From Adineta vaga (Eukaryota > Animalia > Rotifera): a stretch of DNA of 64,000 bases. Every line of letters begins with the position of its first letter. Positions within the stretch are counted from its first letter, which is position 1. Under the pieces are notes generated by a model that saw only the letters and a list, made by a program, of their open reading frames with translations, did no database searches and was not told the origin of the DNA. Shown here piece after piece: positions 39,881-53,764 of the stretch. Position numbers and translations under genes: made by a program. The stretch spans positions 9,176,001 through 9,240,000 of the forward strand of contig CP075494.1 of NCBI GenBank assembly GCA_021613535.1, written 5' to 3'.

Positions 39881-41563
39881 GACTTTCTCGTTCAATGCTT
39901 CAATATCACAGTTGTAAAATGTTGATGATGATGATAATATTTCAATTTTTCAAAAAAAAAGCTTTGACTGATTGGTAGACAAGAAGGACTTACAATGAAG
40001 TGACATCTGATATAACGCTTCAATTGATGTAAGATTTTAACCAATCGAAATAATAGCAGATACTGACATAATTTTTTTTAGATAAAAACACGGTATTGAT
40101 TTCAAAATTCTAAATATTTTCTTTTTTTCTGATAATAATTATTCAAGAACAAAGAGAGAAAGAGAATATTGATGAAGATAGTAAAGTAGGTGATTGTGAT
40201 CGTTCTTTATCTTCAACCACACCAAAACGTGCCCTATCCAACGTGATGAAGAACATGCTCAAAAGAAATTAATCAATGAAATATAATCATATTGAAATCA
40301 ATCGAAAAGAAAAATCTCATGATTCAACACAATTAGATAATATTAATTGATTTGAAATGTAAGTTTAACAATTTCAAATGCACGTTCTTTTTTCTAAACA
40401 AAAATTATTATAAATATTTTAATAGAAAAATATCATCACTCATGAGATATCAAAGTTAACCATTAAAGACTAAACTAAGAGGGATTGTCTGAAAAGATAA
40501 ACTATTGATAGATATTTTCCTAATATCAGCACCTTTTTATATATAATAAATCGTCTATCTAAACAAAGAAAAAAGTTAAAGATGACGTTCAGTTTCGCGA
40601 ATGGCCAGCAATAGCTGAAAAGGAGTAAATAGCAAATAATCACGTTAACATATTTATCTTCTTTGGCTATGTGTCAATAAAACGAGAAATAATAACGAAT
40701 ATGAAACATTCCCGTTTCACCGATCTCTTTATTATGTATATTTAAAGAGAAGATAGACTTCAATGATTTATCACAAAAAATTACCGACACTTGGAATGAT
40801 CTGTAAATCGAAATGAAGTGATGTGATGTGAACGAATTCTTATTTTCTTTTCTTTCGTATATCCTAGTACGAATAAAATGATATTTTCAAATAAAACGGA
40901 ATTTGCTGAGTTTTCTCTATTTATGGCAAAACAATTTTTGTTCTTCTCATATGTCTACTTGATTTTGTAATCCAAATAGAAATTGGCGAACAGATTACAT
41001 GAACGTTTAAATATATTATAAACCTATATGATTTGATTCATATCAGTTACAATGTACATACTCTTATAATGAACTATTTATTTAGATTATTCGTCTTAAT
41101 AAATAAAATAATCTATTGTTGCATGAACTATACTTTTTCTTCAACTTCAAAACAAACTTTGATTGTATAAGGACACTCAGACATGTGTTTAATAGCAGTA
41201 CATTGACTAACAAATAATCTGAACAAGTGACACTGTCAGTATTCGTTCAAACAAAGTCGAGTGTGAGCGAGAAAAGCAACATCTGTCAGAGTTTATAATA
41301 GATTTAGTACATCAATAATTCAATCGTTCTAAACTAAAAAATATGACAATAATGATATGATTATTGTTCCTCTGGTTGTCTAGATTTCACCTTCATATGA
41401 ATTCTTGGGTGCCACTGAGCACTGCTATAGCAATTCAATACAATAGCGACATCTTTTCCATGAATGGAAATAAAAAATGACTGACAAAACCATGCCTGTG
41501 CTTGAGATGATTCACTAAGAAGATTCTGAAAAGTTTTTTTGACAACGTTTCTTTCATTTGAGT

Positions 41564-44500
41564 ATGACAACACCACCAACGATTCCAACGGGGAAAAAGC
41601 GACGTTATTTGACAGCTGAATCTTTTCATCATTCCGATAATGATAATGATGAACATTCGAATTCGAATGAGCAATTGGGAAATAAACGACGTAGTTCAGC
41701 AACGTCAGATTTAGCATCTCATCGTTTGATTGTTAGTGAACGTCAACAATTAGCTGTTTTAAAACAATTAACAGCTGGTGATGAATCGAATAGTATGTAA
41801 TATGAAAGATAACTTTGAAAATCGTGGCTTATTTCTTTCTTTCTTTTTTTTTATTAAAAACCAAGGTAGTTCACCGTTACCCTCTTCAGTAACCAATCAA
41901 CAACGTCCAACAAAAATTCATCGACGAAATGAACATGGCGAAACAATCCTACATATTGCTGCAAGAAAAGGAGATTTGAAACGTTTGAAAAAAGCATTGA
42001 ATGATGGAGCAAATGTAAATGAAGAAGATAATGCTGGTAAGAATAATGAAATATGTTCACTAGATTTTTATTCTTTTCTATTATAGGATGGACACCATTA
42101 CATGAAGGTAAAGAAGAAGAAAAACAATCTTCGAAGATTATTCAATAAATGATAAAATTTATTTTTAGCTGTAACAAAAAACCAATTGAAAGCTGCCAGT
42201 CTTCTTCTAAAATCTGGTGCTAATGCTAATGCACCAGGTTCCGAAGGACAAACACCACTCGTCGATGGTGTACTCAACAATAATCTTAAAGTATAGTTTA
42301 TATTGACTTACTAATAAACTATTTTTTCTTTATTTTATCGTTCAATAGATGGTTGAATTATTACTACATTATTCAGCAGATTCATCCCTTATTGATTTAA
42401 CTCGTGTAAATGAAGCAATGTTAAAAGTATTAAAACGTGAAGGAACGTCATTTGATTTATCTGACAATGAATCACTGAGTTTATCATCACCAATAACAAG
42501 TGCTGATGAGTCGGAACATGATGAAGAAAAGATTGAAAGAAATATTTCTCAATCTTCATCATTGCATATTTCAAAATTAGCAAAAAAGAAAGTAAATCGA
42601 TATTATTAGTGCTCTCATTCAATCTATACTCTTGTTGTCTTTTATTAGTCTTTTCAACATGAACAAGATCATTCATCAGATTCATTATCAAATAACAGGA
42701 CTTCGACTATGGATAGTGATTTTTTTCGAAAAAATCCATACGATTTCGAAAGTGATGATAATGATGATGATGATGATGATGATGAAACAATACGTTATCC
42801 AAAACAGCGTACTATTAGTGGTATTTCAAATGACAGTAATGATATGAAACATCGAACGAGTTTATCTATTGAACAATCACAATCAGATGATGAACTTATT
42901 CAACATACCTATCGTGTTCCACCACTAAAAATTGTACTAGCAAGAGCAGTCATCAATAAAAATACAGATATTGAAAGGTAATTACTATAATTTAAATTCT
43001 GTTCGAGTAAAAGTAGTCAAACTGTTCGTCTTTAGAAATAATTATCGATGAAAGGCGGTACTTTTCATGATGTAGACGACATTCTTTCTTTTATATTACG
43101 TTTCTTCCCAATGAGAAAAACAGGAAGTCCGTACCACAGACTACTCTAATTGACATTGTTTTTATTTCGCTTGTTATCATTAAAAGCAAATCTGAATTGA
43201 TGATATTCCACCTACAATACTTATTTACCATATCATCCGTAAAATATGTTTTTATCAAACGTATTTCACTCGATATTCTTATGCTTTTACTTTCACAAAT
43301 AACTGAAAATATTTTTTGACATTTTTGACAGTAGAAATATGGTATTGAATAGATAATTAATATATTAAAAAAAAGAAAGTTTTTTCTTTGTCTTCTATGT
43401 ATCGAATGTTGAGTAAAAAGCAAATTTAATCATCTGGATTTTATCGGAATCTTGAAAACTTCATTTTCCAGGTATATACCAAAGAACACAAAAGGTTTCT
43501 TGATGTGTAAATCGTAATTATTACTTAGATTTAATTTAATAATTAAATAGAATTCTTCATATTTAAATCTGTGCTTAACAAAGAAATAGAACCGATGTAC
43601 CTAGTTTGACCTTTGAGTTTTGATGAATAAAACTAAATTCGGAACTTTTTTTGCCGTTTATTAAGAGCAAACGTTGACAGTTTTAAATGCTTTGCATACA
43701 TGTATATAAAAAGAAACCAGTAACAGTGAAGATAGACTAGAAGGAAAGAAAAAAAAATTGTGTCAAGAAAAAGAATGGAAAAAAAAGAACACGAACACAA
43801 CAAAAAGCACAGGGAAAAAAGCTAATGTCTATGTGTTTGTTCGACATCAAGCTGGTAGGAGTGAGTGTGTTAGTAAAGGATAGATATTATTTGAAAGAGA
43901 AAACAGAAAGAGTACCCGTATGAGTATGCATTAATCATTAATATGACGAGCAGATGCGTCGATTTAATTAAACTATTTAACTTTCATCAATCGAAGCAAA
44001 TTATTCTTGTTTTTCTTTCGGAAATACTGCTTCTTATGAAGTAGGACGAGATTAAATCAAATCTACGATTGAATCTTGATTGAAGGCATAGAGTGAACGA
44101 GGTAAATGTCTACTAGATCTCATCAACTGTAAAAGGGTCAAGTGACCTCGATATACAATCATGAATATTGTGTTCATGTATGCGTAAGAACAAGAAAATG
44201 ACTTTTTTTTCTTTTCCTATCCTCGTTCCCCGCATCATCTTTTGTTTATTAGACATTTATACAACAGGATAGACAAAATGTAAGTGGATAAAAAATCTTT
44301 GAACTTCCATTAAAAGAAGATAAAAAGAATAATATAAATTATTAGGTATCAACTTTTTACAACATATAACTTTTCATTTTAGCAATAATTTATCTCTAAT
44401 GGATGAAAATTCTACGATGGAACCATGTGCACTACCAATAATAGAACAAAATGACAAATTTTTATCTACTATCATTACATCTATTGAATGCAGCAGCAAT

Positions 44501-46282
44501 AATAATACTGGCAAGGCCATGACAATGGAGAAAACTCTATTAAATGCAATCGATGAATCGGTACAATCACCTGAAATAATTATTTCAGATTTACTTCAAG
44601 AGATTATCACACAAATCGAAGAACAGAAAAATGTACCATTAGATTCATCTGAAGAACAAGAAATTAAGAAAGAAAACGAAGGCAATTCAAAAAGAACAAC
44701 ACGAACATTACGTTCACAAGCGAAAGGAAAAACAAATAATTCAAATCAAACATCTAGTGATAATAATCGACGTATATCAAATCGAAGAGGAATTTTAGAT
44801 AAAAAATCCTTGATTAATTCTAATGGAAAGCATCCACGAAAGAAAACAATATCTGAACGTTCAAATAATACTGAAACATCAAGTAATTCAGATGATCAAA
44901 CAAGTGAAAATATCAATGAAAAAATTGATCGTATGGAAGATTCAATTATGACTAGTGATGAAGGAAATAATTCAAATCAATCAACAAAAATTCCTAAACA
45001 AGTACATGGTCATCCAGATGTGGGAACATTACCACCAAATAAACGACGATTACGCGAAAGAAATGCTGGATTATTGAATTCAACTGATACTTTTACTTCA
45101 ATTAATTCTTCACCCGTAGAAGAAAATTTATTAACAGAAACAACAACAACAACAACGACAGCAACACCGACGCCAGTACTAACACGTGATATACCGAGAA
45201 ATGGTATCAAACAATTTCTAAACATCCGTCAACAGGTTTGTCAATTTACAACTTAAAAGGCGTCGACGAAGTCTATAATTAGCATTATATTACTGAAATT
45301 AGAAACGTCTTCTTGAAAATCAGTTACTTTTTCATTCATGTTTTTTCTTCTAAGTCATTAATAATTATCTACGTTATATTGAGTGCAATCTTAAAAACTG
45401 TAAACACATCTAATTATTTACATTGAAGTATTTATATTTCTTTAGATTGATAAACGACACGAAGCCATGTTACATGATTTTGTTTTACCAAAAATCCCTA
45501 AAGATTTCGGAGAAACATTAATGGCAAAAAAGAATTATCTTCTAACACCTTCATTTAAATCATTTCCAATCACTACACCTGCTTCAATTGGTATTCGACG
45601 TTTTAATCCACCATCAGATCTTGATGAACATTTATCAGATGTGTTTGCTCGACAAGAAGATGAAAGATATCGCATGAAATTAAGACATCAAGTTGAACGA
45701 GTAAATTTAATTAGTTAAAGTAGAAAAAAGAAATGAACATAATTTATGTGTGTCTTTAGGAAAAGTTAATACTTTCAAATGAACAAGAAATCTTGCGTTT
45801 GTATGGAAATGCAACACGTTCATCAATCAATCAAGATATTCCTTTCAGTTATTGTTCAATACTTCGAGATAATGAAGTTTATAATGATCCATCTGTTCAG
45901 GAACGTCATCCTTCATTATTGAATAGTGATTATTCAAATACAGAACTAGGTAAACGTGGTAAACATCGATGGAGTGGACGTTCTTTTATCAAATGGCTTG
46001 AGGATTCAAACTTAAAATATCAACGTCTTAGTGTAAGTTCATATCCAAAGAACGTTGTTCAAATCTTTATTAAATTATTTGTACGTTTAGTGTGAAATTA
46101 ACCAACGGCAACTTTTAGAAGCCAATACACTCTATTCAATGCAACGTATGGTTTGGACAAAACATTTACCAAAAGAAGCTTTAATATCGGGTCGAATACA
46201 TTCATTTTTATCTGAACGTTATTTACCAAAGGTGGAAATCAATACACAGTTTTGGACACAAAGAGAAACAAGTCCTATCTAA
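41564..46282 (+). CDS. ANKRD11: ankyrin repeat domain protein 11/12-like chromatin co-regulator
   Basis: SERQQLAVLKQLT; ankyrin repeats RRNEHGETILHIAA..DNAGWTPLHEA; C-terminal QEDERYRMKLRHQVEREKLILSNEQEILR...IPFSYCSILRDNEVYN typical of ANKRD11/12. Confidence 0.88.
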
Positions 46283-46632
46283 TTACTTTTGTGATATGTT
46301 TGTGTATGTGTGTGTAATATTGTTTTTGTATATAAAATTGATGTTGTTTTTTATGTGCAATTCATCAATATATATATATGATTGATGTGAAATACAATTC
46401 GTTTATATACATATACAATCAAATCTTTTCCATGAAAATATTCAACAATATAATCATCTTTTTTCCAAACAAAGATTGACTAAGATGTTCTGTATTTAGT
46501 TTTTCATACTGAATCTTTCTTACAGTGTCGACATATATGATTCTGCACTCTAAAGAACAGAATAGAAGAACATTCCCGACATCGACATAATAGTTGATAA
46601 ACTTTTCCCGTTTCTATTCGACGATTCAATTA

Positions 46633-46643
46633 TAGATGTCGCT
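46633..46643 (+). promoter_or_regulatory. recurrent TAGATGTCGCT motif, copy 2
   Basis: Exact 11-mer about 240 bp upstream of NDUFA13. Confidence 0.45.
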
Positions 46644-46879
46644 TTTATTGTTTTCTTTTTTTGAAATAAAATAATTCTCAAAATCTGCGAAAGAAAACAA
46701 GTAAATAGTTAATTTAATGAAAACAGTTCACAATAAATTTTCAACTGATATCATTGGTAAAAATCATCCAAACAAAAAACACACCTGATACATCGAAGTA
46801 CTAGAATGGAATAATGTTACTTTCGTTTAAGATAATCATCAACAAATTTGATTTTTTCTCTCTAGAAGTTTTCTAGATC

Positions 46880-47397
46880 ATGACAGGCTTTTCAAAAGTT
46901 GCTGTCTATCGACAAGAATTACCACCTCGTGGTGGTTATACGCCTATACCATGGGCAAGATTACCTTCACGTCGTATTCCTTTGTGGCCATTTGTTTCAC
47001 TTTGGTTCGCATCGAATATATTTGGATACTTTTATCATATATCCGAAAAACGCGAATATTGGCGAAATGGTAATTGAAGATTTTGTTTTATGAAAAGAAA
47101 GATTCTATTTTATTTTCATTATTAGAAATGGAATTGGATGAAAGTCGTTCATGTATAGAACCAGTCTTATTAGCCGAACAAGATCGTATTGTTTTACGTC
47201 AATATCGTGCTAATCGTGATGAAGAAACGAAATTAATGAGTGATGTACCTGGATGGGAAGTTGGTACTTGGTTTGGTGAAAAAGTCTTCAAATCCCGTAC
47301 TTACTTTCCTGATCGACCACATGTTCTTGATTATTATGGACTTGCTCGTCCATCAACTCAACGTTTCGATATTAATGCTGGTCAATGGCAAATTTAG
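46880..47397 (+). CDS. NDUFA13: NADH dehydrogenase 1 alpha subcomplex subunit 13 (GRIM-19), 2 exons
   Basis: YRQELPPRGGYTPI...TM...RSCIEPVLLAEQDR..LRQYRANRDEETKLMSDVPGWEVG. Intron 47070-47126. Confidence 0.95.
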
Positions 47398-47963
47398 AAA
47401 GAAAAACAGAACATTCAACTTTACTCTCCATTTGTCCTACTTTTGCGTTTTTTTTTTAGAATCCTTGTAGAATAAATTCATATTTCCTTAAGGATTGGAT
47501 TTCTCTCTCAGATTAATGAATTCACAGAAAGAAAACATAACGATTTTTTAAATTTTGTTTCAGATATTTTGAATCAATCAGAATATTGAATTCTTTAGAC
47601 TTTAGACAAATAAATGATTTTCTTTTTCTAGATTATTTTTGTTGAAGTTTTATTTTTTATAATTGTTTATTACAATTTACCTTTTTGGTATGTATTCAAA
47701 TGATCCATTTCCTGTAAGAACTCATACATTATGATCTGATGTTCCGTATATGTTAACTATCTGTAAAGTAAAATTCTAATAACTGGTAATTAATTTTACC
47801 GGATACGGTTCGGCACAGAAAACAGGTTTATCGTTAGAAATAGAATTTCTTTCCGTTCTCGAGGAAATTTTGAAAACATTATAACAAAAATGATATCTTG
47901 GAAAATTTCATGTCTATATATGTTTGTATTTTAGAACTGTATGTTTTTGTTCCATTAATCTAA

Positions 47964-50900
47964 ATGCCTGGTATCAGTTTGAATTATGTAATTGATTAAA
48001 AATGAATAAATAAGTTAAATAATGATTGTCTGATTTTTACATTTCTAGCATTCTTCTTTATCCGTTGACGATTCAACATCTTATTCTCAACGTATTCATC
48101 CGTCTCAACAATATTATTATCAATCTGTTGAACAATCGACTTTCTATCCGTATCAGTCTCAATTATCGTTACAAAATGATCCTCAACAAAAATCTTCAAC
48201 ATCATCCACTGATACAAGAAAATGTGACTGTAAATATTCAATTCATTCAAACAACACAGATGACTTTTATGTATTATCTAGGGAATGAATTGGAAGTAAC
48301 TGGTAATGTTCGTAATCTATCACCAATATTATGGACATTATCACAATTAACGGTTCTATATTTAAATGATAATCAATTAACACGATTACCATCGGAAATA
48401 GCCTGTTTAACAAATCTAGTCACACTTGACTTATCAAATAATAAATTAAGAAATCTACCATCAGAAATCGGTATATTCTTTACTTTGTGAAGCTTTCTTA
48501 TTAGACTATGAAAACCATCATATCTTCTTTTTAGGTGAATTAATATCCTTACGTGAATTAAATTTAACAAATAATTCTATCCGAAATTTACCTTATGAAT
48601 TAGGTAAATTATTTCGTCTACAAAGTTTAGGTAATAAAACGAAACTATTTCTTTCATTCATTCTTAATTATATTGATTTTCTTCAAGGATTGATAGGTAA
48701 TCCATTACCATCAGAAATTTACACGTTATATACTGAATCAAATGGTTTACAAAAGTTATTAACTTATTTTCTGGATAGTCTACCTTCATCACTGAACGGT
48801 ATAACATATAAAACTCTAATTGTTTTTCTTATTTTTTCATTTATTGCTATCAAAGATCGCCAAGAGTTTCTTTTCTTTTTCTCTTTCGTATATTTTGTTT
48901 CGACTCATAGACATTGGCATAATTATCATGGTCTGTTATTACTTAAAACAGGTGAGTGGTTAAATTTGTTGTGTGTTTTTTTATCATCATTCATCCGTAC
49001 AGAGGAGTGTGTAACGCATATATTGCAAAATGATTATTAACCAATCTGTTATGAGATTTCCATGAGTATTTATATCCAAGATGTCTATTACACTGTACTT
49101 TGATAGTATTTCACGGTCATCAATTGCGCGAAAGCAAGTAGAAAGAAAATTGTTATTTGTTTGGACGAGTTACTATAATGCCATTTTAGCGTTTAGAAAA
49201 TTGTTATTGTCTGTTGTGTTTCTTTCCTTCTTCTTTTTTTGTTCAAATTAGTCGATAGAATTAAGGTTGACGGAGCAGATGTGTAGCTATGCTCATCTTT
49301 ATTCCGTCAAGAGAAAAACAGAACGAGCACGATCTGGAGGCGGAAGAACTGCGACATTAGACGTTTTCTTCTTCGCTTTTCTAATATATTGAACAGAAAA
49401 GAAATGAAGATTTTGTTTTTCTCTTCTGTCGTCATTCTCTTCTCCGCCTTCGTTCTCTGATGAATAATCGAAGTTCTTTTAATATACCGATTCATATATT
49501 CTTCCTCTTTTCTCTTTGGAATGATAGATACATACAATGATGACGTCAAAATTTTACTTATAAAACTAACATAAATAATTTGATATATTTATTCTAGTCT
49601 GACAAATCCTTCAATGTCATTCTAACATGTGTTCATTTACAGAATCGCGTCGTGTTACCGTTTCGTGTAAACATATCTTTTCTTCATGTACAAATGAATG
49701 TTCAACGGCCGCGTCTGTAGTTCGGACAACTAAACAAAAATTCAATGGAAAAATTTCCAATACAAAAGTCTTTCATGTTCCGATCGAACAAAAAACTAAA
49801 GTATTATCTAATAATGATTATTTACTCAGGACATCATTAAATCCATTATCACCTACTTTTCATTCTCATTATCAAACAGAATTTGTATCAAAGTAAGTTA
49901 TTTCAATCGTTTTTAAACAAACGTTCATTCAAATTATATTTTCTTTCAGTAAAACTAAATCTAAATATGAAACATCTGATTATGAGAGTGGTACAGATTA
50001 TGATCCATCGTCACCCATTCCATTTCGTCGTATATCCTCGTCATCATCATCTGGTATAAGTTCATCATCAGATACAAATGATAATATAATTTTATACTAC
50101 TACTGCTGCTGCTGCTGCTGCTGTTGTTGTTGTTGTTCCTATTATTATGAAAAAGAAAATCTTCCGTATCGTAAACGTTCACGACGTATTGGCAAGAAAT
50201 TATCTTATGATAATCACTCAATTAAATCAGTTAAAACTCGTTCACGTACGAAAACTCGTAAACAACGTTCAAATACTTCACTAATTGATTTCAGTATTGA
50301 TCTTACCGGTCAAAATGTAAATTATTCTATCGAATATCATTATTATCAAACATTCTTCATACCATTCTACTATGACTTCTATTATCTATCATGGCTTCAA
50401 TTATACTACTACTACAGTTATTTATACTTCTACTATTCACAATATTTCAATCGAGAGTGTGAGAAGAAACTCTTGACGATCTTTTTTTTCCTCTCTAAAA
50501 TATTTTAAACAGGTCAGAGAAATACAACAATATTTTCTTGTTTTTTTTCCTAGCTACTCAACCGCCACCGGCGCGGTCATGGATTCGTCTTGCATCACCG
50601 AATGCAACTCAACCAACAGCGATATTTACTATAATGAATTATAATATTCTTTGTGATAAATATGCGACAAGACATGTTTATGGTTATTGTCCATCATGGG
50701 CATTGAAATGGGATTATCGACGTAAACAAATTCTCGAAGAATTACGTTCATATGCAGCTGATATTATCGCACTCCAGGTTTGTGAAATAAACCTTTCCTC
50801 TTTCTTCTGAGTAATATTAAGATTTAATGAAGCAAAAATTTACTTTTTTTTTCAAGAGAAATATTTAATCAGTCGGAAAGTCAGAATTGTTTTTCAGCTT

Positions 50901-52279
50901 CGCTAACAATTATACTTTAGTGTTTTTCTTTTTTTACACTTCATAATTTCTCAGATACTTTTTAATACTTAGAAAAAAAAGGCAATCAATTGAGTTCTAG
51001 GGGTACTTTGTTTCGTCCAGATGGCATGTGTTTATTCTATTTTAGGAAATTGAAACTGATCAATTTCATGCATTTTTCTTACCGGAATTACAAAAGAATG
51101 GTTATGATGGTGTCTTTAGTCCAAAATCTCGTGCGAAAACAATGTGTGAACAAGATCGTCGATATGTTGATGGATGTGCAATATTTTATCGACAATCGAA
51201 GTAAAACAAAACCCAGTATTTGATCTTATTTTGTTTTGTTTTTTTCTTTTTATTTAAAGATTTCGTTTAATCAAACATTATCTTGTTGAATTCAATCAAT
51301 TAGCGATGTCTGCTGCGAATGGCACAGCATGTCATGATATGATGAATCGTGTAATGACTAAAGATAACATTGGTCTTGTCGCATTTCTTGAAACAAAAGA
51401 AGAAACTTATTCTCATACATTTTCAAATGGTAATAAGAACAATTTTCTCTTCTAATAGATGAATAGTTTGCATATATTTTTCCTTCAATCAAAGGTGTAT
51501 TACCAACGGATCATAAACAAATGCTGTTTGTATGTACAGCACATATTCATTGGGATCCGGAATATTGTGATGTTAAAGTTGTTCAAACTTTAATGTTATT
51601 ATCAGAATTGAAAACTATTATGGAAGATGCTATACAAAAGCACCGACCTAATTCGAATCAACTTGTTGATTGTTCAACAATTCCATTAGTTCTTTGTGGT
51701 GATTTCAATTCTTTGCCAGGATCAGGTATAACTGAAGATTAAATTCGTTCTGTTTCTCTATTTTTCTTTTGAAAAGGTGTCATTGAATTAATGCGTAATG
51801 GAAAAATATCAATGAATCATGCTGATTTTAAAGAACTTAGTTATGAAACATATTTACAAAAATATAGTCGTGTTGATGGAAATCCTACGTCAAGTAATGA
51901 TATTGTACATCAGTTTAAATTAAATTCAGCTTATGAAACAACGGCAGAACCAATTATGCCTTATACTAATTTTACGTAAGTTATGAACTACAAAACGATT
52001 GATTCCATGTAATACGCATCCTTTTTTCTGTATTTTAGGTATGATTTCAAAGGAATAATTGATTATGTATTTTTTTCTTCTCAATTAATGCGAGTTCTCG
52101 GTGTTTTGGGACCACTTGATCCAGAATGGCTTCAAACAAATAAAATAGTCGGTTGTCCACATCCAAATGTGCCATCTGATCATTTTTCACTCTTAGTTGA
52201 ATTCGAATTAAATCCATCAACCAATGATAATTCGAAAACTTCAACAACAACATCAACAATTCCAACACGTAGACAATAA
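47964..52279 (+). CDS. CNOT6: CCR4-NOT subunit 6 (CCR4/twin) deadenylase: LRR plus EEP nuclease domain
   Basis: LRRs LTVLYLNDNQLTRLPSEIACL; nuclease motifs NYNILCDKYAT, DIIALQE, TAHIHWDPEYCDVK, LCGDFNSLP, YTNFTYDFKGIIDY and PSDHFSL. Confidence 0.96.
49627..50458 (+). CDS. putative alternative exon pair of CCR4 (49627 or 49643-49892; 49950-50458) encoding a poly-Cys, basic and Tyr/Phe-rich segment
   Basis: Phase-compatible GT-AG junctions. The second exon is stop-free for about 170 codons and splices in phase 1 to the nuclease exon at 50554. Confidence 0.65.
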
Positions 52280-52768
52280 TATAGAGAACAAATATCGAAT
52301 ATACTCGCACAAATATTTAACGGTGAAATCTCAGGGGTTGATTAAGGTTATCTTCATTCAGTTTTATTCTTCTATGTATCTTTGTCTGTATTATGTAAGT
52401 TGTGTTTGTTCTTCTAATTGTCACATCATGTATAGTTTTTTATATTGACTATTATCTTTGTTCTTCTTGTCCATCATCTATCATTTTCTTTCTTCATCAA
52501 GTGACATAAAACCAAAATACAAAAGTTCGCTTATTTCTTTCTTTATTATTGTTGTTTGTTTGTCGATGTTCCTTTCTTTTCTTTTTTTTTCTCGCTCTCT
52601 TCTTTCTCTCTCGTTTTTATATATATATGTCTGTATCACAGCAATTTAAAAAAAACAAAGATCGTATAATAAGAATACAAAAAAAAGACATTTGAATATT
52701 TTCACTAATTATCGAGAAGAGAAGAGAAGAATTCAGTCTTTGGCGCTTGATCAAATGTATTATAAAGA

Positions 52769-53257
52769 ATGCGTATTCCATACTTGAATACTCCATGTAT
52801 CGTAAATGAAACATGTTTTCATGGAGAATGCATTCATATCGAAGATTTTCTTATTAATTGGTATGAATTTTGTCTATGTAAACCACAGTATTCTGGTTAT
52901 GAATGTAATGAACAATCGAAATTAAATCGAACGGATTGGTTAATTATATTGACATGTTTAATATCATGTCTAATGATTTCTCTATGTCTTTTATGTGTAC
53001 CATTTTTCTATAGTTTTTTAAAAGAAGATTTCTATCCACAAATTATTGAATGTACACGTTCAACACCGTATGTGGAAGTTAGTTCACCAAATTCAGTTAC
53101 ATCGATAGGTATGCGTATCTATCGAATACCATCCGAACATTTATCGAGACGACGAACAATTATTGATGGACTTACACCATTACATACAATATCATCGTTG
53201 GCATATTTGACGTCAAATAGAAATAGAAGAAACGAACAGATACATACACTAACATAG
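52769..53257 (+). CDS. small EGF-domain single-pass membrane protein
   Basis: CIVNETCFHGECIHIEDFLINWYEFCLCKPQYSGYEC (six-Cys EGF spacing) followed by TM WLIILTCLISCLMISLCLLCVPFFY. Confidence 0.7.
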   Translation: MRIPYLNTPCIVNETCFHGECIHIEDFLINWYEFCLCKPQYSGYECNEQSKLNRTDWLIILTCLISCLMISLCLLCVPFFYSFLKEDFYPQIIECTRSTPYVEVSSPNSVTSIGMRIYRIPSEHLSRRRTIIDGLTPLHTISSLAYLTSNRNRRNEQIHTLT

Positions 53258-53764
53258 GAATATCATGGATAAAATGAATAAAGCACTAAATGATTTAGTC
53301 TTTTCGTGCTCTCTAATAGCAATCGTGTAGTTACCCTATTGAATGTAATTGGATACTAATTAAATAAGCTTGTATCTTTCTCTTCTTCTGTCCACCTTCG
53401 AATTGTTTAACAATTCAATATCAACCATTTCTTCAGTAACACTTCGTAAAAGATTAATAACATAAATTTGATCATTCAATTTCTCATTCACAACAATGAT
53501 CGAAAGTGTTATGAGTAGTAATGAAAATAACAACAATGATCATTTGTTTCTCTCTTCTGGTGAGAATACTCACACATCGTCATGCGAGTTTGTTTACTGA
53601 CAATAATGTGTGAATTGTCTGATTCCACCAGCAGGTAAACAATATCGAAAAGCAAAAAAACAAGATGCACATTTACAGGATGTGGAAAAACAATTTATTA
53701 GTTTAACACATGCAAAATAGTCAATAGAAAAAAAAAAGAAATTAGTTCAATAAGATAATGAGAT

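Noticed and set aside
49961-50221. Minus-strand ORF with poly-Asn/Ser
   Set aside because: Antisense of the poly-Cys CCR4 exon; the plus-strand frame is much longer and bounded by splice sites.
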